NCBI GenBank assembly: GCA_041617635.1
Contig: JBFJOO010000001.1
Coordinates: 82,375-146,374 of the forward strand
Direction: 5' to 3'
Length of the DNA: 64,000 nt
DNA from: Burkholderiales bacterium
Lineage (GTDB): Bacteria > Pseudomonadota > Gammaproteobacteria > Burkholderiales > SG8-39
How positions within the stretch are numbered: position 1 is the first letter of the stretch; each line of letters begins with the position of its first letter. Of this stretch, positions 31,308 through 40,955 are shown piece after piece. The notes beneath the pieces were generated by a model. The model had not been told where the DNA came from. It saw only the letters and a program-made list of their open reading frames with translations, and searched no databases. The position numbers and the translations under genes are program-made.

Positions 31308-32090
31308 TCAGCGATCCTCGTGCACTTTACCAAAAAAAGCCTTCAAGCCCTCGACCAGCCCCTCGTCCCCCGGGCCGGTTTCTTTCACCTGCTCCATGCC
31401 GAGGGCGCGCGCGCTCGCGGCGATCCGCGCGTGCGGAACGAACGTCGGCGTGCGGCGCAGCCACTGCTGACCGAGCTTGCCGACCATATCGTAGAGATTG
31501 TGCAGGCCTTCGCTCGATGTCACGGTGACGCCGTCCAGCTCGCCTCGCGCCCACAGCTTGAGGAGCGGCGCGACGTCCGCATCCGGACGCACCCGTCGAT
31601 AGCATTCCGCGTATTCCACTGCCGCGCCGCGGGCCGTCAGCGAGTCGCCCAGGAACTCGCGCCCGCCGTCGCCGCGGAAGATCACCACGCGCTTGCCGGA
31701 TGGATCGGCGAGCGGGGCGAGTTCGAGCAGCGCCTCGCTGTCGAAGCGTCCGGTCGGGGCGACGATGTCGGTGAACCCGAAGCGCCGGAGCGCCTTCTCG
31801 CTTCCCTTGCCGATCGTGGCCACGCGGACGTGCCGGGGCCAGGCGCGGCGCGACTGCACCAGGTTCATCGCCTTGGCCACGGCGTTCGCGCTGATGAATA
31901 CCGCCACGTCGAAGTCGTCCAGCCGGTCGACGAGCGCGGCGAGCGGCTTGACGTCGGTGACGTCCCGGATCTCGATGACCGGAAACACGATGGGCGTGCC
32001 GGCAGCGGCGCGGATCAGGTCCGCCAGCGTCTCGACCTGTCCCGCCGGACGCGTGATCACGATACGCCGACCGGCCAGGTCGCCGCTCAC
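31308..32090 (-). CDS. hemD: Uroporphyrinogen-III synthase
   Basis: Distal 260 aa of track ORF 31308..33092. GTG start in a GTGA overlap with the hemC stop (32087-32090). [10 protein letters not shown]...ISANAV...; synteny supports the call. Confidence 0.8.
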   Translation of the reverse strand: MSGDLAGRRIVITRPAGQVETLADLIRAAAGTPIVFPVIEIRDVTDVKPLAALVDRLDDFDVAVFISANAVAKAMNLVQSRRAWPRHVRVATIGKGSEKALRRFGFTDIVAPTGRFDSEALLELAPLADPSGKRVVIFRGDGGREFLGDSLTARGAAVEYAECYRRVRPDADVAPLLKLWARGELDGVTVTSSEGLHNLYDMVGKLGQQWLRRTPTFVPHARIAASARALGMEQVKETGPGDEGLVEGLKAFFGKVHEDR

Positions 32091-33010
32091 GACTCGAGCC
32101 TGGCGAGAATGTCGTCCGCGCCCCGGCTGCGCAGCAGCGCCGCGAGCTCGCTCCCCGCGCGCTCGGGCTCCGCAATCGCGGCGCGAACCTCGCCGCGCGC
32201 GACCTGCTTGCCGTCCGGGCTCGCCACGAGCCCCCGCAGCCAAAGGGTATCGCCGTCGATCACGGCAAACGCTGCGAGCGGCACCTGGCAGCTCCCGGCA
32301 AGCGACCGGCTCACCATGCGTTCGGAGCGCACACACGCGCTGGTTGCCGGGTCGTTCAGCGGGGCCAGCAACCCGGCGAGGTCCTGCCGGTCGGCGCGAC
32401 ACTCGATCGCGAGCGCGCCCTGCCCCGCGGCCGGCAGGCTGTCCGCGGGATCGAGCATCGCGCGAATCCGCCCGGCGAGTCCGAGCCGCGTCAATCCGGC
32501 GACCGCGAGCACGATCGCGTCGTACTCGCCGCGGTCGAGCTTGGCGAGCCGCGTGTCGACGTTGCCGCGCAGGGGCCGGATCTCCAGCGCCGGAAACCGC
32601 GCACGGAGCTGCGCTTCGCGCCGCAGGCTGGAGGTGCCGACCACCGCGCCGGCGGGCAGGTCGTCGATCCGTGCATGGCGGTTGGAGACGAACGCGTCGC
32701 GCGGATCCTCGCGGGGCAGTATGGCGGCGAGCCGGAATCCCTCGGCGAGATCCATCGGCACGTCCTTCGCGGAGTGCACGGCGAGGTCCGCGCGGCCCGC
32801 GGCCATCGCAACCTCGAGCTCCTTCACGAACAGGCCCTTTCCGCCGATCTTCGCGAGCGTGACATCGAGCACCCGGTCGCCCTGCGTGGTCATGCCGAGA
32901 ATCTCGACCCGCGTTGCCGGATATAATCCCTCGAGCGCTGCGCGCACGTGCTCCGCCTGCCAAAGCGCCAGCCGGCTCTCGCGCGAAGCGATAACCAGAC
33001 GCGAGTTCAC
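32087..33010 (-). CDS. hemC: Hydroxymethylbilane synthase (porphobilinogen deaminase)
   Basis: 307 aa: [43 protein letters not shown]. Confidence 0.95.
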   Translation of the reverse strand: MNSRLVIASRESRLALWQAEHVRAALEGLYPATRVEILGMTTQGDRVLDVTLAKIGGKGLFVKELEVAMAAGRADLAVHSAKDVPMDLAEGFRLAAILPREDPRDAFVSNRHARIDDLPAGAVVGTSSLRREAQLRARFPALEIRPLRGNVDTRLAKLDRGEYDAIVLAVAGLTRLGLAGRIRAMLDPADSLPAAGQGALAIECRADRQDLAGLLAPLNDPATSACVRSERMVSRSLAGSCQVPLAAFAVIDGDTLWLRGLVASPDGKQVARGEVRAAIAEPERAGSELAALLRSRGADDILARLES

Positions 33011-33040
33011 GGGGTTCCGGAGATGAGGGAAAGAGGGCCG

Positions 33041-33532
33041 ATGGGTAAGGGTAGACAGCGCATTGCGACGCTGCGTGCCGCGATTTTAGCATGCGCGATC
33101 GGCCTCTCCGCCGCGGCGCACGCGGCGTCCGGCATTTCCCACGCGCGCGACTTTTCCGCGGACGGCCGCGCGGCGGGCGAGACGCGGCGCGTCATCGTCG
33201 TCCTCTTCTCGGCGAGCGGATGCCCATGGTGCCACCGGGTGCGCGCGGAGTACCTGTTGCCCCTGCTCGCGAACCCCGCCGACGCTGCGCGCATCATCGT
33301 GCGCGAGGTCGATATCGACGCGCGCGCCGCGCTCGCCGATTTTTCGGGGGCCGTCACGACTCATGCGGCGTTTGCGGGCCGGCACGAGGTGCGCTTCGTG
33401 CCGACGGTGCTGGTGCTGGGCCCGGACGGCGAGCGGCTGGCCGCCCCGTTGGTCGGTTTCGGAACCGCCGACTATTACGGGTACTACCTCGACGGGCGCA
33501 TCGACGCCGGTCTCGCGAAGCTGCGTCGGTAG
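33041..33532 (+). CDS. Secreted thioredoxin-fold protein (CPWC motif, SoxW-like)
   Basis: Internal ATG with gaaagaggg upstream. Signal peptide, [30 protein letters not shown]. Confidence 0.7.
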   Translation: MGKGRQRIATLRAAILACAIGLSAAAHAASGISHARDFSADGRAAGETRRVIVVLFSASGCPWCHRVRAEYLLPLLANPADAARIIVREVDIDARAALADFSGAVTTHAAFAGRHEVRFVPTVLVLGPDGERLAAPLVGFGTADYYGYYLDGRIDAGLAKLRR

Positions 33533-33551
33533 GAAAGGTCCGCAAAGGGCC

Positions 33552-33577
33552 GTCATTCCCGCGAACGCGGGGATGAC
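33552..33577. repeat. Short GC hairpin repeat, same family as 11013 and 42555
   Basis: gtcattcccgcg-aa-cgcggggatgac lies in the convergent gap between the thioredoxin-like gene and algR. Confidence 0.6.
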
Positions 33578-33597
33578 TCGGGGCCTTTCCTAGCCCG

Positions 33598-34359
33598 TCA
33601 TCCTTTGAGAATCGCCTTCACCGCCGGCCACTGGCGCCGGCTGACGGGGAGCTTCTCGGCAGTGCCCTCGAGGATGACCGCCCATCCGGCGCCTTCGCCG
33701 TCCTCGTCGGTGACGCGCTCGATGCCACGCAGCGCGCGCAGCGCGACCAGACAGGATCGGTGCACGCGCACGAACGTGGTGCCGAACTCGCTTTCGAGCG
33801 CCGTGAGCGACTCCTCGAGCAGGTGCTCGCGATCCCGCGTGCGAATGGTGACGTACTTCAGCTCGGCGCGCAGATAGAGGATTTCCGCGACCGGGACGAG
33901 CGTGATCCGGCCGCGCTCGGACACCGAGAGGTAACGCCGCGGCGCCTGTGCCGCCTTCTCGAGCGCGGCGCGCTTCACGGCCCCGGAGGCGGCGGCCTTG
34001 CCCAGCGCCGCGGCGAGGCGCGCCGCGCGCACCGGCTTCAACAGATAGTCGAGCGCATTCACCTCGAACGCCTCGATCGCATACTGGTCGTGGGCGGTGA
34101 CGAACACCACGGCCGGCGCCTTTTCCAGCGTAGTGAGGTGCCGCGCGAACTCCAGTCCGCTCATCTGCGGCATCTGGATGTCCACCAGCGCGACGTCCGC
34201 GGGGTGCTCGGCGAGCAACGCGAGGCCCTCATGAGCGTTCGCCGCCTCGCCGGTGACGACGTTCGGAAGATCGGCCTGCAAATCGCCGAGCAGCGCGCGC
34301 ATCCGCGTGCGCGCCGGCGCCTCGTCATCGACCAGGAAGATGCGGAGCGGCGCGGTCAT
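33598..34359 (-). CDS. algR: LytTR-family two-component response regulator (AlgR-like)
   Basis: 253 aa. Receiver domain (LRIFLVDDE...DVALVDIQMP) plus a LytTR DNA-binding C-terminus. Synteny argH | kinase-regulator-hemC as in Pseudomonas. ATGA overlap with the kinase gene. Confidence 0.75.
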   Translation of the reverse strand: MTAPLRIFLVDDEAPARTRMRALLGDLQADLPNVVTGEAANAHEGLALLAEHPADVALVDIQMPQMSGLEFARHLTTLEKAPAVVFVTAHDQYAIEAFEVNALDYLLKPVRAARLAAALGKAAASGAVKRAALEKAAQAPRRYLSVSERGRITLVPVAEILYLRAELKYVTIRTRDREHLLEESLTALESEFGTTFVRVHRSCLVALRALRGIERVTDEDGEGAGWAVILEGTAEKLPVSRRQWPAVKAILKG

Positions 34360-35393
34360 GCCGCCCTCCGGCGGTAGGGCATCTGCATGTGGATCTCGTA
34401 GCTCTCGCCGACCACGCCGCTCTCCATTTTCGCCTCGACGTCGAAGTGCAGCTGGAGGCGCTCGCGGATGTTGCCGAGCGCGATGCGGTTGCCCTGACGG
34501 TGCTGGTGCTCGGGATGATAGGGATTGGTGAGCCGGACATGCAGCCGGTCGCCGTCGAGGTAGATGGCGATCTCTATGGTGCCCGGCTCAACCCCGGGCT
34601 CGATGCCGTGATACACGGCGTTCTCGACGAGCGGCTGCAGCAGCAGCGGGGGGACGAGCGCATCGCGCGGCGCCGACTCGATGCGCCACTCGACGTTCAG
34701 GCGTTCGCCGAGGCGGAGCTGCTCGAGATTCAGGTACTGGCGCACGAGCTCGAGCTCTTCCGCAAGCGAGGTGAGAGTGCGCGTGTCGGCCATCAGCATG
34801 CGGTAGAGCTCGGCCAGATCCTCGATGGCCGTTTCGGCGCGCCGCGCGTCGGTGCGTATGAGCGATAGGACCGCGTTCAACGAGTTGAACAGGAAGTGTG
34901 GTCGGATCCGCGCCTGCAGGGCCTGCAATCGCGCCTCCGAGAGGGCCGGCGAGAACGCGCGATTGCGCAGGAAAAAATAGCCGGCCAGGAACCCGGTGAC
35001 GAGCGCGGCAAACGCCGCGCTCCGGGCGAGCCCTCCGGGGGAGAAGTCGTACCCCGGCAAGAGCGGATAGGCGGCGACGGTCAGCAGGAGCACGATGGCA
35101 AATACGATCCCCACCGCGGTCGGATAGGGCATTCGGGCGAGTCCGGCATTGGCAACGTAAAGCGCCAGGAGGCTCGCGATGAGGACCGGCTCGGCGAGCA
35201 GCGCAACCTCGAGGAACGCGTCCAGGATCTGGGGAAAGCTGCTCGCCTTGACCGCGGCAGCAGTGAACGCCAGCCCGTTCACGATCACCAGGATGCGCGC
35301 GATCACCCCCAGGTTGCGGAAATCCGGCAGGGTATCGGTCGGCCCGTCGCCGTGCGAAATCCGCGCCGCGTGCGAGGAATTCACGACATGCAC
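34356..35393 (-). CDS. algZ: LytS/AlgZ(FimS)-type sensor histidine kinase
   Basis: 345 aa. N-terminal TM helices, IRPHFLFNSLNAV (His_kinase motif), PLLLQPLVENAVYHG. GTG start. Confidence 0.75.
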   Translation of the reverse strand: MHVVNSSHAARISHGDGPTDTLPDFRNLGVIARILVIVNGLAFTAAAVKASSFPQILDAFLEVALLAEPVLIASLLALYVANAGLARMPYPTAVGIVFAIVLLLTVAAYPLLPGYDFSPGGLARSAAFAALVTGFLAGYFFLRNRAFSPALSEARLQALQARIRPHFLFNSLNAVLSLIRTDARRAETAIEDLAELYRMLMADTRTLTSLAEELELVRQYLNLEQLRLGERLNVEWRIESAPRDALVPPLLLQPLVENAVYHGIEPGVEPGTIEIAIYLDGDRLHVRLTNPYHPEHQHRQGNRIALGNIRERLQLHFDVEAKMESGVVGESYEIHMQMPYRRRAA

Positions 35394-35427
35394 CTCAGAA
35401 TTCTGGTATAAGATGCTGATTTTTCGC

Positions 35428-35451
35428 TCATTCTCGCGATCATTCTCGATT
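35428..35451. promoter_or_regulatory. Tandem 12-bp repeat (tcattctcgcga / tcattctcgatt) in the algZ/argH divergent intergenic region
   Basis: Read directly. It is the most AT-rich spot between the divergent starts at 35393 and 35477. Function unknown. Confidence 0.3.
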
Positions 35452-35476
35452 TCCCCCAGCGGAAATTCAAGCTGTC

Positions 35477-36877
35477 ATGTCCGTCCCTGAGGAAAAGGGT
35501 CACGCCGGCCAGGCTTGGTCGGGCCGCTTCGCGGAGCCGGTCGCGGAGCGCGTCAAGCGTTATACCGCGTCGATCGGATTCGACCGCCGGCTGGCGGAGT
35601 TCGATGTGCGGGGCTCGCTCGCGCACGCGCGCATGCTCGCCGCAACCGGCGTGCTCGGCCCGGACGATCTTGCCGCAATCGAGCGGGGCATGGCCACGAT
35701 CCTTGACGAGATCCGGTCGGGAACGTTCCAGTGGACCCTGGAGGACGAGGACGTCCACCTGAACATCGAGCGGCGGCTCACCGCTCTGGTCGGCGACGCG
35801 GGCAAGCGGCTGCACACCGGGCGGTCCCGCAATGACCAGGTCGCAACCGATCTCCGCCTCTACCTGCGGGCCGCCATCGACGAGATCGCTGCGCTCACCC
35901 GGGCGGTGCAGGCGGCACTGGTCGACCTTGCGGAGCGGCATGCCGCTACGGCAATGCCGGGGTTCACGCACCTCCAGGTGGCTCAGCCGGTCACCTTCGG
36001 TCACCACCTGATGGCCTATTACGAGATGCTCCGGCGCGACCGGGAACGGCTCGCGGGCTGCCGCGGTCGGGTCAACCGCCTGCCGCTCGGCGCAGCCGCC
36101 CTGGCCGGAACCTCGTTCCCGATCGACCGGGAGCGGGTCGCGCGCGAGCTCGGTTTCGAGGGGGTGTGCGAGAACTCGCTGGACGCGGTCTCGGATCGGG
36201 ACTTCGCGATCGAGTTCACGGCCTGCGCCGCGCTCATCATGACCCACCTCTCCCGGTTGTCGGAGGAGCTCGTGCTGTGGATGAGCCCGCGGTTCGGGTT
36301 CATCCGCTTGCCCGACCGGTTCTGCACCGGCTCGTCGATCATGCCCCAAAAGCGGAACCCGGACGTGCCGGAGCTCGCCCGAGGCAAGGCGGGGCGGGTG
36401 TTTGGGCATCTGGTGGGACTTCTTACCTTGATGAAAGGTCAGCCGCTCGCGTACAACAAGGACAATCAGGAAGACAAGGAGCCGGTGTTCGACACGGTGG
36501 ACACTCTGGTCGAAACGCTGGCCGTCTTCGCCGAGATGATCCCCGGCATCGAGATCGACCCGGAAAAAATGCTCACTGCGGCCCGCGAAGGCTTCGCCAC
36601 CGCGACCGATCTCGCCGATTACCTGGTCAAGCGAGGCGTGCCGTTTCGTGACGCCCACGAAGCGGTCGCCCGGGCCGTGCGCGCAGCCGAGGCGCGGGGC
36701 TGCGACCTCGCCGACCTGCCGCTCGCCGAGCTGCAGTCGTTCGCGCGCCAGGTCGAGGCGGACGTCTACGCGGTCCTCACGGTCGAGGGATCGCTGGAGA
36801 GCCGCGATCACCCCGGCGGGACAGCGCCCAATCGCGTGCTGGACGCCGTGCGGCGCGCCCGGGCCGAGCTCGCATGA
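35477..36877 (+). CDS. argH: Argininosuccinate lyase
   Basis: 466 aa: [17 protein letters not shown] (fumarate-lyase signature), argH-type sequence throughout. Confidence 0.95.
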   Translation: MSVPEEKGHAGQAWSGRFAEPVAERVKRYTASIGFDRRLAEFDVRGSLAHARMLAATGVLGPDDLAAIERGMATILDEIRSGTFQWTLEDEDVHLNIERRLTALVGDAGKRLHTGRSRNDQVATDLRLYLRAAIDEIAALTRAVQAALVDLAERHAATAMPGFTHLQVAQPVTFGHHLMAYYEMLRRDRERLAGCRGRVNRLPLGAAALAGTSFPIDRERVARELGFEGVCENSLDAVSDRDFAIEFTACAALIMTHLSRLSEELVLWMSPRFGFIRLPDRFCTGSSIMPQKRNPDVPELARGKAGRVFGHLVGLLTLMKGQPLAYNKDNQEDKEPVFDTVDTLVETLAVFAEMIPGIEIDPEKMLTAAREGFATATDLADYLVKRGVPFRDAHEAVARAVRAAEARGCDLADLPLAELQSFARQVEADVYAVLTVEGSLESRDHPGGTAPNRVLDAVRRARAELA

Positions 36878-36881
36878 CGCC

Positions 36882-38216
36882 ATGACCGATTCCGTGGCCG
36901 CGCAGATTCCCAACCGCACCGACCATACGATCCCCGACTACATCGGGAAGTACCAGGTCATCCGCAAGCTGGGCGACGGCGCGACCAGCGAGGTCTTCCT
37001 GTGCCACGACGAATTTGCCAAGCGCGATGTCGCCGTCAAGGTGGTCTGGCGGGACCGCATCGGCGACGCGAGCCTGGGCAAAGTCCACCGCAAGCTCTTT
37101 GTCACGGAGGCCTCGCTCGCCGGCAAGCTCGCCCACCCGCACATCGTTCAGATCTACGACGCGGTGGTGGCCGGCAGCTCGAGCTACATCGTGATGGAGT
37201 ACGTGCCCGGCGGAACGCTGGAGCCGTACTGCACGCCTGAGAATCTGCTGCCGATCGACAAGGTGGTGGAGATCGTCTTCAAGTGCACGCGCGCGCTCGA
37301 CTTCGCCCACCATCTCGGGATTACGCACCGCGACATCAAGCCCACCAACATCCTGCTCGCGACCGACGACACCACTGACATCAAGGTCTGCGATTTCGGC
37401 GCCGCCATCATGGCGAGCTCCGGCGACACGACCCAGGTAACCGGAATCGGGTCACCGGCCTACATGTCGCCGCAGCAGGTTCGCGAGCAGCAGCTCGATC
37501 ATCGCACCGACGTCTACTCGCTCGGCGTCGTCATGTACCAGCTGCTCACCGGCGCGCTGCCCTACCAGGGCAAGAACAACTTCAGCATGATGTACCAGAT
37601 CACCAGCGTCGAGGCGCCGCCCCCGTCGTCGCATCGCCGGGACGTGCTGCCGGCGCTCGACGGAATCGTCAAGAAGGCGATGGCCAAGGCGGTCGAAGAC
37701 CGCTACCAGACCTGGGAGGAGTTTTCGATTGCGCTCGCCGACGCGCTGCGGTCGAAGGATCTCGCCGCGCGCACCCACGAAGTCGCCGACAGCGAGAAGT
37801 TCAGCACGTTGCGCGCGATGCCGTTCTTCGCGGAGTTCACCGATGCCGAGCTCTGGGAGGTGCTGCGCATCAGCGCCTGGGAAGACGCGGCCCCGGGCAA
37901 GATCGTCATCAAGGAAGGCGACGCGGGCGATTACTTCTGCATCCTCGCATCGGGTGAAGTGAAGGTGACCAAGAAGCAGAAGCTCCTCAACATCCTCTCT
38001 GCGGGCGAGTGCTTCGGCGAGATGGCCTACCTCTCCCGCGCGACCAACGAGCGGAGCGCCGACGTGTCGACGATGAGCCCCTCGCGGATCATCACCATCC
38101 GCTGCGACGACCTCGAGAACGCCTCCGACGCCTGCCGCCACCGATTCGATCGCGCCTTCATGGACATCCTGGTCGAGCGGCTGACGATGGCCAACAACAG
38201 GTTGACCGCGGTCTGA
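36882..38216 (+). CDS. Hanks-type Ser/Thr protein kinase fused to a C-terminal cyclic-nucleotide-binding domain
   Basis: Internal ATG 4 nt after the argH stop. Kinase motifs: GDGATSEVF, VAVK, HRDIKPTNILL, CDFGAA, SPAYMSPQQ. cNMP domain motifs: FFAEFTDAELWEVL, IKEGDAGDYFCILASGEVKV, CFGEMAYL...ERSADV. Confidence 0.85.
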   Translation: MTDSVAAQIPNRTDHTIPDYIGKYQVIRKLGDGATSEVFLCHDEFAKRDVAVKVVWRDRIGDASLGKVHRKLFVTEASLAGKLAHPHIVQIYDAVVAGSSSYIVMEYVPGGTLEPYCTPENLLPIDKVVEIVFKCTRALDFAHHLGITHRDIKPTNILLATDDTTDIKVCDFGAAIMASSGDTTQVTGIGSPAYMSPQQVREQQLDHRTDVYSLGVVMYQLLTGALPYQGKNNFSMMYQITSVEAPPPSSHRRDVLPALDGIVKKAMAKAVEDRYQTWEEFSIALADALRSKDLAARTHEVADSEKFSTLRAMPFFAEFTDAELWEVLRISAWEDAAPGKIVIKEGDAGDYFCILASGEVKVTKKQKLLNILSAGECFGEMAYLSRATNERSADVSTMSPSRIITIRCDDLENASDACRHRFDRAFMDILVERLTMANNRLTAV

Positions 38217-38224
38217 GCTCGCAG

Positions 38225-38308
38225 CGAGGAAACCGGCTCGTTTCCTCGGAACCAAGAGCAGAGGGTCACGCACAGGAGGGAACCGCCTGGTTTCCCCCCG
38301 TTACCCGG
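38225..38308. repeat. REP-like hairpin cluster related to the repeats at 60319-60414 (and more distantly 1235-1396)
   Basis: Contains cgaggaaac-cggctc-gtttcctcg (38225-38248). Also contains tcacgcacaggagggaaccgcctggttt (38266 onward), which matches the reverse complement of gaaccagccggttccctcccgttcgtga at 60330-60357 with a few mismatches. Confidence 0.6.
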
Positions 38309-38355
38309 TAAGCTGGATACCGCAAGCTCCTTTCAAAAGCTTCCTTCCTCCTTAC

Positions 38356-39246
38356 GTGACGCCTGCTCTGCGCTCCGAGCTCGAACGTGCAATCTCGGCT
38401 TCGATCGGGCGGCCCTTTCGGATCCAGCAGACGCGCGACGTCAGCGGCGGCTGCATTCATCGGGCGCTGGTGCTCGAGGGCGACGACACGCGCATCTTCG
38501 CGAAGCTGAACGACGACCGTTTCGCGGACGCATTCGCCGCAGAGGCGGACGGGCTCGGCGCGCTATCTGCGGCGGGTGTCCGCGCACCCGGCGTAATCGC
38601 GCAGGGCACCGCGGATGGCACGGCGTTCCTCGCGCTCGAGCACCTCGAGCTCGGGCCGGGAGACGCCGCCGCCCATGGCGAGCTGGGCAGACAGCTTGCG
38701 GTCCTGCACTCGCAGCGGGGAGAACGTTTCGGGTGGCGCCGTGACAACTTCCTCGGCGCGACGGCGCAGCGCAATCGGGCGTCCGAGTCCTGGATCGGAT
38801 TCTGGCGGCAGGAGCGGCTCGCGCCGCAACTGGCGCTCGCGGCAGAGAACGGAATGCGCGGCAACCTGCAGCGACTGGGCGATACGCTACTGGCATCGCT
38901 GCCTCGCATGCTCGCGGGTCACACACCGACCCCCGCGCTGGTGCACGGCGATCTATGGAGCGGGAATGCGGCGTTTCTCGGGGACGGCACGCCGGTGGTG
39001 TTCGATCCGGCGGTGTACCACGGCGACCGCGAAGTCGATCTCGCGATGACCGAGCTGTTCGGCGGATTTCCCGCGGCGTTCTACGCGGCGTACCGTGCAG
39101 CCGCGCCGCTCGCTGACGGCTATGGGATGCGCCGCACGCTCTACAACCTCTACCACGTGCTCAACCACGCGAACCTGTTCGGCGGAGGCTATGCCGCGCA
39201 AGCCGAAAGAATGATGGCGCGCTTGCTCGCGGAGACGAAGGGCTGA
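38356..39246 (+). CDS. Fructosamine/ketosamine kinase family protein
   Basis: 296 aa, GTG start. VSGGCIHRA, FAKLN, LVHGDLWSGN, FDPAVYHGDREVDLAMTELFGGF. Confidence 0.8.
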   Translation: MTPALRSELERAISASIGRPFRIQQTRDVSGGCIHRALVLEGDDTRIFAKLNDDRFADAFAAEADGLGALSAAGVRAPGVIAQGTADGTAFLALEHLELGPGDAAAHGELGRQLAVLHSQRGERFGWRRDNFLGATAQRNRASESWIGFWRQERLAPQLALAAENGMRGNLQRLGDTLLASLPRMLAGHTPTPALVHGDLWSGNAAFLGDGTPVVFDPAVYHGDREVDLAMTELFGGFPAAFYAAYRAAAPLADGYGMRRTLYNLYHVLNHANLFGGGYAAQAERMMARLLAETKG

Positions 39247-39253
39247 AGAAGTT

Positions 39254-39455
39254 CGAGCTGCCGCCCGCCCCGGTGCAGACTTACGCGTTCTGATCGCTCG
39301 GCGCGAGCATCGCCTGCAGCTCGCCCGACGGAAACGAACAAGGGGGGCGATGCCCCCCTTGTATATCCCCCCAATTCTGGCGAGCTGCCGCCCGCCCCGG
39401 TGCAGACTTACGCGTTCTGATCGCTCGGCGCCAACATCGCCTGCAGCTCGCCCGA
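39254..39455. repeat. Direct duplication (75 bp x2, period 127 bp, 73/75 identical) of the grxD 3-prime end and downstream sequence, flanking a hairpin-containing 52-bp spacer
   Basis: Copy A is 39254-39328 and copy B is 39381-39455 (cgagctgccgcccgccccggtgcagacttacgcgttctgatcgctcggcgc..catcgcctgcagctcgcccga). Copy B holds the real last 15 codons and stop of grxD. Copy A would encode the same SGELQAMLAPSDQNA* but has no gene upstream. Confidence 0.9.
39339..39361 (-). terminator. Candidate intrinsic terminator of grxD (member of the CAAGGGG...CCCCTTG hairpin family)
   Basis: caagggggg-cgatg-ccccccttg. On the minus strand the stem is followed by ttcgtttcc. Confidence 0.45.
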
Positions 39456-39731
39456 TTGATACATCTCGCCGAGAATATCCGATCCGCCCACGAACTCGCC
39501 GTTCACGTAAAGCTGCGGGATCGTCGGCCAGTTCGCGTACTCCTTGATGCCCTGCCGGATCTCGGGATGCTCGAGCACGTTCACGGTGGCAACATCCACC
39601 GCGCTGCATGCCTTGAGGATCTGCACGACGTTCGCGGAGAAGCCGCACTGCGGAAAATCGGGCGTGCCCTTCATGAACAGCACGACCCGGTGCGAAGTCA
39701 CGATGCCTTTGATCTCGTCCTGGATGCTCAT
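39408..39731 (-). CDS. grxD: Monothiol glutaredoxin (Grx4 family)
   Basis: 107 aa: VVLFMKGTPDFPQCGFS (CGFS active site), WPTIPQLYVNGEFVGGSDI. Confidence 0.95.
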   Translation of the reverse strand: MSIQDEIKGIVTSHRVVLFMKGTPDFPQCGFSANVVQILKACSAVDVATVNVLEHPEIRQGIKEYANWPTIPQLYVNGEFVGGSDILGEMYQSGELQAMLAPSDQNA

Positions 39732-39791
39732 CTCTGGTGTCCTCGTCTCGTTTCGGTCCGGGGCTCAATACCCGACCAATTTAGTCAGATT

Positions 39792-40955
39792 TTACTCACC
39801 CGCCAAGCGTGGGTCAACACCTGCCCCGTGCGGACCGCCGGGGCGGCGGTCGAGGGGCTGGAACGGCATCAGGTGGATTCCGTCGCGGAGCAGAGAGACC
39901 CGGATCGTGGCGCCCTGCGCGAGGCCGTTCCGGTTGGCAACATGGAGCGGTATCGATAGCTGCAGCTCCGCGTCCACGCGGCCGTCCACGCGCATGGCCA
40001 CCGCCGCGTTCTCACCGAACGGCACGAACTCGCTGATCACTCCGCTCACGGGATTCTCGCGCTCCCCGCGCGACGGCCGATCGCGCCGGTGCAGGATGCA
40101 GTGCGCAGGCAGGATTCCCCAGGAGATCGGGCCGCCGGCGTCGAACTCCGTGCGCAACGGCGTCTCGAGCGTGTAGTCCAGCCAGCGCACCAGGCTGTGA
40201 TCCGCTTCCGGTCGGTGCGCGATGACCACCCCGTGAAACAGGTTGCGAAAGTCGACCAGTCGCGCCACCTGCACGTTGCGGGGCCGGCCGATCAGCTCGA
40301 AGGGTGGGCCGGCCTGGAGCGTCTCGCCGGCGTGCAGGACGACCATGCGGTCGGCGAGCATCGCCGCTTCCTCTAGATCGTGGGTCACGAGCACGATCGG
40401 CATGCGCAGCCGGCGGCGCAGCTGCGCGAGCTCGCGCTGCAGCTTGCGCCGCGTCACCTGGTCCACGGCCGAGAACGGCTCGTCCAGCAGCAGAACCTGC
40501 GGATCGCGCGCGAGCGCGCGGGCCACGGCGACACGCTGCTGCTGACCGCCCGAGAGCGCATGCGGCAAGCGATCCTCGAGACCGCCGAGGTTGACGAGTT
40601 CGAGCAGCTCGCGCGCGCGATGGCGTCGCGCCGCCGGGGGGACGGTGCCCAGCGCCGCCTCCACGTTGCGGCGCGCGCTCATGTGCGGAAAGAGCGCGTA
40701 GTTCTGGAAGACCAGCCCGGCATGGCGCGCCTGCGGCGGGACGAAGTGCGTCGCGGCCTGCCACGTCTCGCCGCTGCAGCGCACCTCGCCCGACCTGGGC
40801 CTCACCAGGCCGGCGATCGCCCGGAGGATGGTGGACTTCCCGCTGCCCGACGGACCGACGAGCGCGACGAGTTCGCCGGCCGCGCATTCAAACGCGACCT
40901 TGAGCGGAATCGGCGCCGCCTGGTCGAGCCGGACGATGAGTGCCGGCTCAGCCAC
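39792..40955 (-). CDS. modC: Molybdate ABC transporter ATP-binding protein with C-terminal TOBE-like region
   Basis: 387 aa: GPSGSGKST (Walker A), LSGGQQQRVAVARAL, LLLDEPFSAVD. Located after modA-modB. Confidence 0.85.
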   Translation of the reverse strand: MAEPALIVRLDQAAPIPLKVAFECAAGELVALVGPSGSGKSTILRAIAGLVRPRSGEVRCSGETWQAATHFVPPQARHAGLVFQNYALFPHMSARRNVEAALGTVPPAARRHRARELLELVNLGGLEDRLPHALSGGQQQRVAVARALARDPQVLLLDEPFSAVDQVTRRKLQRELAQLRRRLRMPIVLVTHDLEEAAMLADRMVVLHAGETLQAGPPFELIGRPRNVQVARLVDFRNLFHGVVIAHRPEADHSLVRWLDYTLETPLRTEFDAGGPISWGILPAHCILHRRDRPSRGERENPVSGVISEFVPFGENAAVAMRVDGRVDAELQLSIPLHVANRNGLAQGATIRVSLLRDGIHLMPFQPLDRRPGGPHGAGVDPRLAGE

